Positions 40,489 through 50,565 of a stretch of 64,000 bases of DNA are shown piece after piece (position 1 is the stretch's first letter; every line of letters begins with the position of its first letter). Location: NCBI GenBank assembly GCA_015059365.1, contig SVAO01000001.1, forward strand, positions 216 through 64,215, written 5' to 3'. The position numbers were made by a program, and so were the translations under genes. This DNA comes from Bacillota bacterium. GTDB lineage: Bacteria; Bacillota_I; Bacilli_A; RF39; UBA660. The notes under the pieces were generated by a model that was given only the letters and a program-made list of their open reading frames with translations, was not told the origin of the DNA and did not search any database.

Positions 40489-40716
40489 ATGAATTTTGAA
40501 AAAGATCAAATCTTAACATTAGAAAATAATCTAGAATATTTAGTTGTAGATATAGTTAATTATAACAATAATCAATATTTATACTTAGTTCGTATGGATG
40601 AAGATAAGTTTAATATAGTTAAAGTTATAAATGAAAATGGTATTATTGGATTAGGTAAATTAAGTGATGAAGAATATTATAATGTTTTAGAACTACTTCA
40701 TAAGCAAAATCAATAA
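40489..40716 (+). CDS. Small acidic DUF1292-like protein
   Basis: LTLEN..EY.V......YLYL...SDEEY. Confidence 0.6.
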   Translation: MNFEKDQILTLENNLEYLVVDIVNYNNNQYLYLVRMDEDKFNIVKVINENGIIGLGKLSDEEYYNVLELLHKQNQ

Positions 40717-40787
40717 ATAAATTAGGGAACTTATATATTAAGTTTCTTTTTTTTATATTATGGACATACAATTATAGTGGTGATAAT

Positions 40788-42695
40788 ATGTTTTTTAAAA
40801 ACATTCATATTAGAATAAAGATAATAATATTAATAATTGTTTTTTTGTTTTTATTAATTATTGGTAAAGTATTTTATATTCAAGTAATTCAGTATGATAA
40901 ATTAAATAATTATGCTTCCAGTCTTTGGAGTAGGAATCTTCCGATAGAAGGTAATCGAGGAATTATTTATGATAGAAATGGTGTTGTCCTTGCTGACAAC
41001 ATAACAACTACATCTTTGGTTATTATTCCTAATCAAGTCGAAAATAAAGAAGAAACAGCAAAGAAAATAAGTGATATTTTAAAAACAGATTATGATGATA
41101 TGCTTGCTCACGTAAGTAAAAAATCATCGATAGAAAGAGTTCATCCGGAAGGAAGAAGATTATCATATGAAATTGCAGATCAAATCAGTAATTTAGAACT
41201 TCCGGGGGTATATTTAGTTAAAGAATCAAAAAGATATTATCCGTATGATACTTTAATGTCTCATACTATAGGTTTTGTTGGGATAGACAATCAAGGATTA
41301 AGTGGATTAGAACTTATGTATGATAAGTATTTGACTGGAGAATATGGTGCAATAAAATATTTTAGTGATGCCAAAGGAAATCGCTTAGAATTAAATGAAG
41401 TATATGAAAAACCACAAGATGGAATCAACATGACTTTAACAATTAATTATGATATTCAAGCATCATTGGAAAGAGAACTTAATAATGCGGTTATTAAATA
41501 TAATCCTGATCAAGCGTTAGGAATTGCAATGAATCCTAAAACAGGAGAAATACTTGCGATAGCTTCACGACCTAATTTTTCTCCGAGTAATTATCAAGAT
41601 TATACAGTTGAGGAAATAAATAGAAATTTGCCAATATGGATGACATATGAACCTGGAAGTACGTTCAAAATAATTACACTTTCTGCTTCATTAGAAGAAA
41701 AAATTGTAGATTTAGATAATGATCATTACTTTGATTCAGGAGCAACAAAAGTAGAAAATGCAACATTACACTGTTGGAAGCATGGTGGACATGGACAGCA
41801 GACTTATCTTCAGGTAGTTGAAAACTCTTGTAATCCAGGATTTGTACAGTTGGGGTTAAAATTAGGGAAAGATACTTTATTCAAATATTTAGACTTATTT
41901 GGGTTTGGTGTTAAAACAGGGGTAGATTTAAATGGGGAAGGTGCTGGAATTATTTTTGATCTTGCTAAAGTTGGTCCTGTAGAACTTGCCACAACAGCCT
42001 TTGGTCAAGGGGTTAGTGTAACTCCTATACAACAAATAACTGCAGTATCTGCTGCAATCAATGGTGGAATACTTTATAAACCATATATTGTAAAAAGTTT
42101 AAATGAACCTGAAACAAATACAGTAGTATTAGAAAATACTTCTCAAATTATTAGAAAAGTTATAAGTGAAGAGACTAGTGCTAAGGTTAGATATGCTCTA
42201 GAAAGTGTTGTAGCAAACGGAACTGGAAGGCCTGCATATATTGATGGATATCGAGTGGGTGGGAAAACTGGAACTGCTCAAAAAGTTAAAGATGGCAAGT
42301 ATATGGTAGGTAATTATATAGTGTCATTCATTGGCTTTTTACCAGCTGATGATCCAGAAATAATTGTTTATATTGCAATTGATAATGCTAAAGGTGTAAC
42401 ACAATATGGTGGCACTGTTGCGGCTCCTATTGCCAAACAAGTTTTAACTGATGCCATTAGTGCATTAGGTATTGAAAAAAGAATAGATGCGATGGAAAAA
42501 GAATATAACTATAATGATAAAAAATATGAGCATGTTCCTAATGTGGGAGGCATGACGGTTAAAGAAGCGGTAAGTAATTTAAAAAGTTTTAAAGTTGAAT
42601 TTAGTGGCTCTGGTAATAAAGTATACTATCAAAGCCCAAGTGCAGGAGAAAGAATATTAGAGGGAGAAACTGTTAAATTATTTTTAACAGAATAA
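40788..42695 (+). CDS. spoVD: Sporulation-specific penicillin-binding protein SpoVD
   Basis: RGIIYDRNG, EPGSTFK, HCWK..GHG, NSCNPGFV, GKTGTAQK; CATACAAT -10 at 40765. Confidence 0.95.
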   Translation: MFFKNIHIRIKIIILIIVFLFLLIIGKVFYIQVIQYDKLNNYASSLWSRNLPIEGNRGIIYDRNGVVLADNITTTSLVIIPNQVENKEETAKKISDILKTDYDDMLAHVSKKSSIERVHPEGRRLSYEIADQISNLELPGVYLVKESKRYYPYDTLMSHTIGFVGIDNQGLSGLELMYDKYLTGEYGAIKYFSDAKGNRLELNEVYEKPQDGINMTLTINYDIQASLERELNNAVIKYNPDQALGIAMNPKTGEILAIASRPNFSPSNYQDYTVEEINRNLPIWMTYEPGSTFKIITLSASLEEKIVDLDNDHYFDSGATKVENATLHCWKHGGHGQQTYLQVVENSCNPGFVQLGLKLGKDTLFKYLDLFGFGVKTGVDLNGEGAGIIFDLAKVGPVELATTAFGQGVSVTPIQQITAVSAAINGGILYKPYIVKSLNEPETNTVVLENTSQIIRKVISEETSAKVRYALESVVANGTGRPAYIDGYRVGGKTGTAQKVKDGKYMVGNYIVSFIGFLPADDPEIIVYIAIDNAKGVTQYGGTVAAPIAKQVLTDAISALGIEKRIDAMEKEYNYNDKKYEHVPNVGGMTVKEAVSNLKSFKVEFSGSGNKVYYQSPSAGERILEGETVKLFLTE

Positions 42696-42709
42696 AAGGT
42701 GGGATATAT

Positions 42710-43702
42710 ATGTTAATAATGACTAAATCTGTTTTAGCTATTATGTGTGGTTTTGTTTTATCTATTTTAACTGCAATTATTTTAATTCCACTATTGAAAA
42801 AACTGAAAGCTTCTCAACGTTTAAGTGTTTATTTGAGAGAAAAGCATAATTCTAAGGTAGGAACACCTACAATGGGTGGATTAATATTTATCATTCCTGT
42901 TTTATTAATTTTAATTATTCTTTTTCTTACTAATAGAATAAGAATTAGTTATAATTTATTAATTATTTTATTTACTTTTTTTGGCTATGCTGTAATAGGT
43001 TTTATTGATGACTACTTAATCATAAAAAGAAACAATAACAATGGCCTTAGCGAGGGATCTAAATTGATTTTACAAATAATAATTTCGATAATATTTTTCT
43101 TTCTATTTATGAAAAGTGGCAATGAACCGTTGCTTTGGATTCATACATTTAATATAAAAATTAATATTGGATGGTTTTATGGTTTTTTAATATTATTGGT
43201 TCTTGTATCAAGTAGTAATGCAGTTAATATTACAGATGGTCTAGATGGTCTTGCATCTGGGTTATCAATTATCGCATATTTAGCATTTGGATTAATTACG
43301 TGGAATACAGGTTGGTTAGAAGGATATGAAGATATTGCGTTATTTATATTTCTTTTAATAGGTGCTTTAATTGGATTTTTAGTATTTAATATAAATCCTG
43401 CCAAAGTATTTATGGGTGACACAGGAAGTTTAGCACTTGGTGGAGCATTGGGAAGTATAGCGATTCTTACCCGTCATGAATTATTATTAGTATTAATTGG
43501 AATTGTGTTTGTAGTTGAAACACTAAGTTGTGTGATTCAGAGAATTTACTATAAAATTACTAAAAAGAGAATATTTCCAATGACACCAATTCACCATACA
43601 TTTGAAAAAAAAGGATGGAAAGAAATTGATATAGTAAGATTATTTTGGCTTGTTGGATTAATTGCCGCCATGGCATCAATTGCCTTTGGAGTGTTGTTAT
43701 GA
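42710..43702 (+). CDS. mraY: Phospho-N-acetylmuramoyl-pentapeptide transferase
   Basis: GTPTMGG, IGFIDDY, NAVNITDGLDGL, FMGDTGS, PIHH. Confidence 0.97.
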   Translation: MLIMTKSVLAIMCGFVLSILTAIILIPLLKKLKASQRLSVYLREKHNSKVGTPTMGGLIFIIPVLLILIILFLTNRIRISYNLLIILFTFFGYAVIGFIDDYLIIKRNNNNGLSEGSKLILQIIISIIFFFLFMKSGNEPLLWIHTFNIKINIGWFYGFLILLVLVSSSNAVNITDGLDGLASGLSIIAYLAFGLITWNTGWLEGYEDIALFIFLLIGALIGFLVFNINPAKVFMGDTGSLALGGALGSIAILTRHELLLVLIGIVFVVETLSCVIQRIYYKITKKRIFPMTPIHHTFEKKGWKEIDIVRLFWLVGLIAAMASIAFGVLL

Positions 43703-44790
43703 AAAATAAAAAAGTTGAATTATTATTATTAATTAGCGTTATTACAATTTCTATTTTTGGACTTATTATGATTTTTTCTGCGTCTTACATTTGGGCAGAA
43801 TATAAGTTTAATGACCCATTTAAATTTGTTAAGAATCAAGGAATATTTTTTATAGTTGGAATTTTTCTTATGTTTATCATAAGCAAGATAAATTATAGAA
43901 AATACTATGATAAGGCAAACATATTATTGATTGGATGTATTATCCTTTTGATATTAGTATTGATCCCTGGAATAGGAACAGTTAGAAATGGTAGCCGTAG
44001 TTGGTTTGGAATTGGTTCTTTTGGAATTCAACCAAGTGAGTTTACTAAACTAGCCTTAATTATTTTTACTTCTAAATATTTAGTTAATAATGAAAATAAG
44101 ATGAAAGATATAAAAAAAGGAGTTCTGCCAATTTTAGGTCTTACTTTATTAATTTTTGGAATTATTATGCTTCAACCAGATTTTGGTACGGGAACAATCA
44201 TTGTTATGTCAATTATTGGTCTTCTTTTTGTAGGAGGAGTTAGTTTTAAATTTTTCTTAAAAATAGCAGGAGTGGGAGTAATTGGAATAGCTGGGTTAAT
44301 TGCGGTTGCCCCATATCGCTTGAGTAGAATACTATCATTTTTAAATCCGTGGGAGGATCCATTAGGAAGTGGCTTTCAAATTATTCAGTCATTATATGCG
44401 ATAGGTCCCGGTGGTTTATTTGGATATGGTTTTTTAAATTCTAGGCAAAAACATTTTTATCTTCCTGAACCCCAAACTGATTTTATATTTTCAATTATTA
44501 GTGAGGAATTTGGTTTTTTAGGAGTAATAATAGTTAGTACATTATTTTTAACTATTATTATTACAGGATTTAAAATTTCAAGGAATTGTAAAGATTTATT
44601 TGGTAAATATCTGTCTTTTGGAATAACTTTTCAAATAGCATTTCAAACAGTATTAAATTTGATGGTTGTAGTTGGTTTAATTCCTGTAACAGGAGTAACA
44701 CTTCCTTTCCTTTCTTATGGCGGTTCTAGTTTACTTATTACTCTTTGTAGTGTTGGGATACTATTAAATATATCTAGGTATGAAAACTAA
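43699..44790 (+). CDS. spoVE: SEDS protein FtsW/SpoVE
   Basis: NGSRSW, IQPSEFTK, QPDFG, LPEPQTDFIF, TGVTLPFLSYGGSS. Confidence 0.9.
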   Translation: MKNKKVELLLLISVITISIFGLIMIFSASYIWAEYKFNDPFKFVKNQGIFFIVGIFLMFIISKINYRKYYDKANILLIGCIILLILVLIPGIGTVRNGSRSWFGIGSFGIQPSEFTKLALIIFTSKYLVNNENKMKDIKKGVLPILGLTLLIFGIIMLQPDFGTGTIIVMSIIGLLFVGGVSFKFFLKIAGVGVIGIAGLIAVAPYRLSRILSFLNPWEDPLGSGFQIIQSLYAIGPGGLFGYGFLNSRQKHFYLPEPQTDFIFSIISEEFGFLGVIIVSTLFLTIIITGFKISRNCKDLFGKYLSFGITFQIAFQTVLNLMVVVGLIPVTGVTLPFLSYGGSSLLITLCSVGILLNISRYEN

Positions 44791-44870
44791 GTTTTAAGAT
44801 TTGAGAAGAAACATTAATAAAATTAATACGTTTAATAATTAAAAATGGTATAATATAAATGGTGATGGTC

Positions 44871-45203
44871 ATGAAATACAATAAACTAGTACGTGATAGA
44901 ATTCCTGAAATAATTAAAAATAACGGAGAGGAACCTATTACTACAATACTTAGTGATTCTGAATATAAGATCGAATTAGAGAAGAAACTTTTTGAAGAAT
45001 ATAATGAAGTAATAAACGCGAGTGGAAAGAATCGAATAGAAGAGTTAGCGGATATGTTAGAAGTTATATCTGCTTTAGCGGCACTTGAAGGTGAAAATTT
45101 AGATAATGTAATTGAGGTTGCAAAACAAAAAGTTTTAAAAAGGGGTGCCTTTAATGATAAAATATATTTAGAAGGTGTAAAGAAAAAAACAAACATAGTA
45201 TAA
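44871..45203 (+). CDS. MazG-like nucleoside triphosphate pyrophosphohydrolase
   Basis: YNKLVRDRIPEII, KLFEE..E, EELADMLEV, KRGAF. Confidence 0.9.
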   Translation: MKYNKLVRDRIPEIIKNNGEEPITTILSDSEYKIELEKKLFEEYNEVINASGKNRIEELADMLEVISALAALEGENLDNVIEVAKQKVLKRGAFNDKIYLEGVKKKTNIV

Positions 45204-45249
45204 ATTGTAAAAGTGTGTTATAATTTAAGTAGGTAAGGTGGGAAGATAT

Positions 45250-46026
45250 ATGAAAGATGTGAGTTTATTAGTAAACAATGGTGTAAATGTTGATGGCAGT
45301 TTGGAACTTTTTGGCGATATGGAAATGTATAATGAAACGCTTGAAGATTTTTTAAAGAGCGTTGAAAAAAAACTAGCTGATATAAAAAGATATAAAGAGG
45401 CAGCTGATATGCCTAATTATGCTATTTTGGTTCATTCACTAAAAAGTGATTCTAAATATTTGGGATTTACTAAATTAGCTGAATTATCTTATAACCATGA
45501 ATTAAAGAGTAAAGAAAATGATATAAGTTATGTTTATAATAATTATGATGAATTGTTAAAAGAAGCAAATAGAATCGTGAATTTAGTTAAAGAATATATG
45601 GGACTTCCTGTAGTTAAAGAGGATGAATCAACTGAACCAAGTGTTAAAGATAAAACAATTTTAGTAGTAGATGATTCTAATATAATTAGAAATTTCATTA
45701 AAAAGATTTTTAATAATCATTATGAAGTTATTGTTGCTAATGACGGAAAAGAAGCAATTGATGCAATCGAATTAAATCCTAATGTTAATATTGTAGCTAT
45801 GTTATTAGACTTAAACATGCCTAATGTTAACGGATTTGAAGTGTTGGAGTATTTTGATAAGTATTCACTATTTTCTCGTATTCCAGTATCTATTATTACT
45901 GGAGATGATTATCGTGAAACAGTTGAGAAAATATTTGCTTATCCAGTAGTGGATATTTTAAATAAACCATTTAATGAAAGAGATATTAAGCAAATAGTAG
46001 AAAAAACAGTAAATAGAAAGAATTAA
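45250..46026 (+). CDS. Stand-alone HPt-receiver fusion protein
   Basis: HPt VHSLKSDSKYLG; REC LVVDDS, LLDLNMP..GF, ITG, KPF. Confidence 0.9.
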   Translation: MKDVSLLVNNGVNVDGSLELFGDMEMYNETLEDFLKSVEKKLADIKRYKEAADMPNYAILVHSLKSDSKYLGFTKLAELSYNHELKSKENDISYVYNNYDELLKEANRIVNLVKEYMGLPVVKEDESTEPSVKDKTILVVDDSNIIRNFIKKIFNNHYEVIVANDGKEAIDAIELNPNVNIVAMLLDLNMPNVNGFEVLEYFDKYSLFSRIPVSIITGDDYRETVEKIFAYPVVDILNKPFNERDIKQIVEKTVNRKN

Positions 46027-46082
46027 AAAAATATTTGATTTTAGTTGCAAAAGCATAAAAATTGTGATAAAATCGTATTGTT

Positions 46083-46131
46083 GTCGTGATCCGCTGAATA
46101 TTGTATTATAAAGAAATTCATGATCATAGAT
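46083..46131 (+). promoter_or_regulatory. L19 ribosomal protein leader (autoregulatory RNA)
   Basis: GTGATC-CGCT-GAAT...ATTC-AT-GATCAT hairpin between a TTGCAA/TAAAAT promoter and rplS. Confidence 0.7.
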
Positions 46132-46151
46132 TTAAAAAGGAGAGTGAAATC

Positions 46152-46493
46152 GTGAATTTAGTTGAAAAAATAACTAAAAGTCAAATCAGAACTGATATTC
46201 CTGCATTCCAAGTTGGAGATACTGTTCGTGTAGATGTAAAAATCATCGAAGGTAAACGCGAAAGAATTCAAGCTTTTGAAGGAATCGTTGTTTCAATTCA
46301 AGGAAGTGGAATTGGTAGAAACTTTATCGTAAGAAAGATTTCTGGTGGTGTTGGTGTTGAAAGAACATTCCCAATAAATTCACCAAAAGTAGCAGCAGTT
46401 ACTGTTATTAGAAAAGGTAGAGTTAGACAAGCTAAAATTGGTTCTTATTTAAGAAAATCAGTTAAACAACCAAGAATTAAAGAAAGAAATTAA
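46152..46493 (+). CDS. rplS: 50S ribosomal protein L19
   Basis: [28 protein letters not shown]; GTG start after AAGGAG. Confidence 0.98.
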   Translation: MNLVEKITKSQIRTDIPAFQVGDTVRVDVKIIEGKRERIQAFEGIVVSIQGSGIGRNFIVRKISGGVGVERTFPINSPKVAAVTVIRKGRVRQAKIGSYLRKSVKQPRIKERN

Positions 46494-46532
46494 TAAGACA
46501 GTTTTGTCTTATTTTTCTTATGAGGAGGAAAT

Positions 46533-47009
46533 ATGAAAATTTTAAAAGAAATTATCCCATATGTGATTATAATTGTTGTTGTTATATTAATTAGAACTTT
46601 TATTGTTACCCCAGTTCAAGTTGATGGGGAGTCCATGTATCCAACATTAGATAATGATGAAATATTAATTTTAAAAAAATATGATAAAACATATGAAAGA
46701 TTTGACATTATTGTGTTTAATTATAATGGTTCAAAATTAGTAAAAAGAGTTATAGGTCTTCCTGGTGAAAAAGTTGCTTATAAAAATAATGAATTATATA
46801 TTAATGACAAAAAAATTAATGATGTAATTACTATAGGAACAACAAATTTTGCTTATGATAAAATTCCAGATGGTTGTTATTTTGTATTGGGGGATAATAG
46901 AGGTAATTCAATCGATAGTAGAAGAATAGGCGTAATATGTAATAAAGATATTTTAGGAACAACAACGTTTAGTATTTTTCCTTTTAATAAATTTGGTTTT
47001 ATTGATTAA
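46533..47009 (+). CDS. lepB: Signal peptidase I
   Basis: GESMYPTL, VKRVIGLPGE, LGDNRGNSIDSR. Confidence 0.97.
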   Translation: MKILKEIIPYVIIIVVVILIRTFIVTPVQVDGESMYPTLDNDEILILKKYDKTYERFDIIVFNYNGSKLVKRVIGLPGEKVAYKNNELYINDKKINDVITIGTTNFAYDKIPDGCYFVLGDNRGNSIDSRRIGVICNKDILGTTTFSIFPFNKFGFID

Positions 47010-47073
47010 GTGGTTAATCCACTTTTTATTTTGCTAAAAAAAATATAAGTGTTATAATTAAAATGGTGGTAAG

Positions 47074-48066
47074 ATGAAAAAATATTTTAAAATTGGTCTT
47101 ATTTTATTACTTGTATTAATAGTATGTACTGTAGCATATATTTTTTTTGATAGAAAAAAAGAATATACAAAAAATCTATATTATATGGATACATACATAT
47201 ATATTAAAATATATGAAACCAATAAAGCTAAGGTTGAAAAAGTTTTTAAAGACATTAATCAAATGTATAAAGAATATCACGAATTAACAGACAGATATAA
47301 TCATTATGATGGTATTACAAATTTATATGACATATATCATAATGGATTTGATAGTGAAACCTTAACATTGGATTCAAGACTTTATGAAATTTTAGAATAT
47401 GCGAAAGATTGGAGCAAGAAATATTATAAGTTAAATATTGAATTAGGCAATATAATAGATATTTGGAAAAAATATCGTGATAATAAAGAGGGAATACCGA
47501 CTGTTAAGGAATTGCAACAAAATAAAAATGGTGCAAAATTAGTTTTATTGGGAGATAATAAAATTGTAAATAATCATCCTAATTTAGATTTGGGAAGTAT
47601 TGCTAAAGGATATGTTACCGAAAAAGTTGGTCAATATTTAGAAAGTATTGGGATAAAAGAATATTTAATTAATGCTGGTGGTAATGTTAAAGTTGGTGAT
47701 AGTTATAACAAAGAGTATTACAAGATAGGTATTCAAAGTCCTGTGGATAATGGGGAATTATTAACTATTGCTAAAGGGGAAAATATAAGTGTTGTAACAA
47801 GTGGAGGATATGAAAGAAATTATGAATATAATGGAATCATATACCATCACATAATTGATTCAGATACTTTGTTTCCTTCAAATTATATGAAGGGTGTTAC
47901 AGTAATAACTAAGGATAGTGCTTTAGGTGATATACTATCTACTAGTTTATTTTTGATGAGTGTTGATGATGGACAAGAATTTATAAAAAAATATGATGCT
48001 GAGGCCATTTGGTATACTAATGATAATAAAATAATTAGAAGTGAGAGATTTAATAATTATGAATAA
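47074..48066 (+). CDS. apbE: FAD:protein FMN transferase ApbE
   Basis: MDT, DLGSIAKGY, NAGGN, VTSGGYER, YHHIID, DILST. Confidence 0.96.
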   Translation: MKKYFKIGLILLLVLIVCTVAYIFFDRKKEYTKNLYYMDTYIYIKIYETNKAKVEKVFKDINQMYKEYHELTDRYNHYDGITNLYDIYHNGFDSETLTLDSRLYEILEYAKDWSKKYYKLNIELGNIIDIWKKYRDNKEGIPTVKELQQNKNGAKLVLLGDNKIVNNHPNLDLGSIAKGYVTEKVGQYLESIGIKEYLINAGGNVKVGDSYNKEYYKIGIQSPVDNGELLTIAKGENISVVTSGGYERNYEYNGIIYHHIIDSDTLFPSNYMKGVTVITKDSALGDILSTSLFLMSVDDGQEFIKKYDAEAIWYTNDNKIIRSERFNNYE

Positions 48067-48424
48067 TAGTGATTTAAAATTAATTGGTTTTATAATGTTG
48101 GTTGTAACAATTATGTTTGGATTGCTTTTAGTATTTAAAAATAGTAGTAGTAAAAATGCATTGGTGTATTATGAGGATAATTTAGTTTTGACCATAGATT
48201 TAAATCTTAGTGGTGAACATGAATATAAAGTCATGGGGTATAATGGAGAAGTAATCATTAAGACTAAAGACAGCAAGATAAAAGTTGAAGAAGAAAATAG
48301 CCCTTTAAACATTTGTTCGAAGCAAGGCTGGATTAAAAACAGTTATGATGTAATTGTTTGTTTGCCAAATAAAATAGTAATCAAAATAGAAGATAAAGAA
48401 GAAATAGATACGGTTGTGAGATAA
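48059..48424 (+). CDS. NusG domain II (DUF1312) exported protein
   Basis: SPLNICSKQGWI...IVCLPNKIVI. Confidence 0.9.
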   Translation: MNNSDLKLIGFIMLVVTIMFGLLLVFKNSSSKNALVYYEDNLVLTIDLNLSGEHEYKVMGYNGEVIIKTKDSKIKVEEENSPLNICSKQGWIKNSYDVIVCLPNKIVIKIEDKEEIDTVVR

Positions 48425-48924
48425 TGGAAATAAAGAAAATTACTAGATTGTCAATGTTTTTATGTTTAAGCGTTGTATTAAATATAATTGAAAGTTTTAT
48501 TCCTCTGTTTGATGGAAGTATACCAGGAATTAAACTGGGACTTGCCAATGTAATTGTTTTGATAGTGTTGTATTTATATTCATTTAAAGATGCGATGTAT
48601 ATATCAATTCTTAGAGTATTGTTAGTTGGGATACTTAGAACAGGCATTTTTAGTGTTTCATTTTTCTTTAGTTTCGGTGGTGCTGTTTTAAGTGTTTTAA
48701 TAATGTGGTTAGTTAAGAAAACAAGGTTATCTATAATTGGTGTTAGTATTATAGGTGCAATAAGTCATAGTATAGGTCAAATTTTAATTGCTATAATATT
48801 AATTAAAAATTTTTATATTGTTTATTATATTCCATGGTTATTATTATTTTCTGTTCCAACTGGGATATTAACGGGAATAATTAGTAAATATTCTTTAAAC
48901 TATTTAGAAAATCGATTGCAATAA
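48424..48924 (+). CDS. Gx transporter family (heptaprenyl diphosphate synthase component I-like) membrane protein
   Basis: IESFIP, PGIKLGLAN, GVSIIGAISHSIGQ. Confidence 0.92.
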   Translation: MEIKKITRLSMFLCLSVVLNIIESFIPLFDGSIPGIKLGLANVIVLIVLYLYSFKDAMYISILRVLLVGILRTGIFSVSFFFSFGGAVLSVLIMWLVKKTRLSIIGVSIIGAISHSIGQILIAIILIKNFYIVYYIPWLLLFSVPTGILTGIISKYSLNYLENRLQ

Positions 48925-48968
48925 TTATAAAATTCTTGTATACTTAAATTTAGAAAGTAGGTAATAAT

Positions 48969-49403
48969 ATGAAAAAGATTATGCTTGTATTATGTGTATG
49001 TTTGATGTTTTTAGGATCAACTGGATGTGAAAAAGTAGGATTTAAAGAAGGAACATATAGTGGAAGTGCGATTGATAATTATGGTGGTGAAGAAAATACT
49101 GCAACTGCTAAGATAGTTATTAATAATGAAGGGAAAATCGAGTCAGTATATTTGGATACTACTTATAAAGGCACAACAAAAAAGACTTTAGGATATGATT
49201 ATAAAATGAAAGAATATTATCCTGCAGCTGTTGGAGAATGGTTTGAGCAAGTAGAAAAACTAGAAGCCGCAATAGTAGAAAACCAAGGTACTAAATTTTT
49301 ATCATTGGATTCTGAAGGTAAAACAGATGCGGTGAGTGGTTGTACTATTGAAATTACAGCTTTAATAAAAGCCGTTGATAATGCCTTAGAACAGGCAAAA
49401 TAA
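48969..49403 (+). CDS. FMN-binding (flavinylated) lipoprotein
   Basis: Lipobox STGC, KKTLGYDY.M, EWFEQ, DAVSGCT flavinylation-like motif. Confidence 0.9.
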   Translation: MKKIMLVLCVCLMFLGSTGCEKVGFKEGTYSGSAIDNYGGEENTATAKIVINNEGKIESVYLDTTYKGTTKKTLGYDYKMKEYYPAAVGEWFEQVEKLEAAIVENQGTKFLSLDSEGKTDAVSGCTIEITALIKAVDNALEQAK

Positions 49404-49605
49404 TTATAATTGATGATATAAAAATTAACGAGTTTATAATTGTTAATTTTTTTTGATTAAAACTATAGATTTTAATATTGCGTTGAATATGGAACTATAT
49501 ATTGATATTTAATAGAAAAACAGTGAAAAAAAATAAATCATTCAATTTAAGTATGGACTTTATAATTATTTTTGTATTATACTTATATTGAGGAGGATTG
49601 GTAGA

Positions 49606-50544
49606 ATGGATAATAAGAAGATAGGTATTAGAGTATTGATTGTTTCACTGATTGTTATTATAATCGGTGCTATGTTAATTTTGTTTTCAAAAGAAGACAA
49701 TAAATATAAAATTACTTTCAATAATGATGGGGATATTACAGAGGTAATGGTTAACAAAAACGAAACTGTATCTAAACCACAAGACCCAGTTAGGGAAGGT
49801 TATACATTTGAAGGTTGGTATTACAATGGTGAAAAATTTGATTTTACAATGCAAATAACCGAAGACATGGTTTTAGAGGCTAGGTGGACAAATAATGCTT
49901 CTACAAAATGGGTAGTAACATTCAATTCAAATGGTGGAAATAAGATTGAAAGTTTAAATGTAGAGGATGGAAAAACAATTATTGATATTCCACGTCCTAA
50001 AAAATCAGGTTATAAATTTATTGGTTGGTATAATGGAAAAACAAAATTTAATTTTAAAACAACAATAACAGGTAATATTACTTTAACTGCCAAATGGGAA
50101 AAAATAGAAGTTTCAGATGAACCTGTTATTAAAAAGAATTATAATGTAACATTTGATACTGATGGTGGAAGTGTTGTTGAAGCACAGAAAGTTGAAGCAG
50201 GAACACCAGTGATTAAACCAGAAGATCCAACAAAAGAGGGATGGGATTTTATTGGTTGGTATTATGATGATGCCGAATACGATTTTAATACTGTAGTAAA
50301 TGGTAATATTACATTGATAGCAAAATGGAAATTAAAAGATATTATAACATATGAAATTGAAAAAACTGATTCTTATGTTGGCCAAATCAAGATATTTGTC
50401 TATAAAAATACTGATAAAATTGATGGGTTAGTTGATATTACACTTAACACCGGTGAAATTATAAAAGATAAACAAATTTCTAAAGATGGTTATATTACAA
50501 ATATTCATAAAATTAAAGAAATAACTAACGTAAGAGAAAGTTAA
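49606..50544 (+). CDS. Membrane-anchored surface protein with three InlB B-repeat (Flg_new) domains
   Basis: Three copies of VTF..GG...P.P.K.GY.F.GWY....F.F...IT.D.TL.AKW. Confidence 0.92.
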   Translation: MDNKKIGIRVLIVSLIVIIIGAMLILFSKEDNKYKITFNNDGDITEVMVNKNETVSKPQDPVREGYTFEGWYYNGEKFDFTMQITEDMVLEARWTNNASTKWVVTFNSNGGNKIESLNVEDGKTIIDIPRPKKSGYKFIGWYNGKTKFNFKTTITGNITLTAKWEKIEVSDEPVIKKNYNVTFDTDGGSVVEAQKVEAGTPVIKPEDPTKEGWDFIGWYYDDAEYDFNTVVNGNITLIAKWKLKDIITYEIEKTDSYVGQIKIFVYKNTDKIDGLVDITLNTGEIIKDKQISKDGYITNIHKIKEITNVRES

Positions 50545-50565
50545 TAGTAGGAAGGGTATGAAAAG

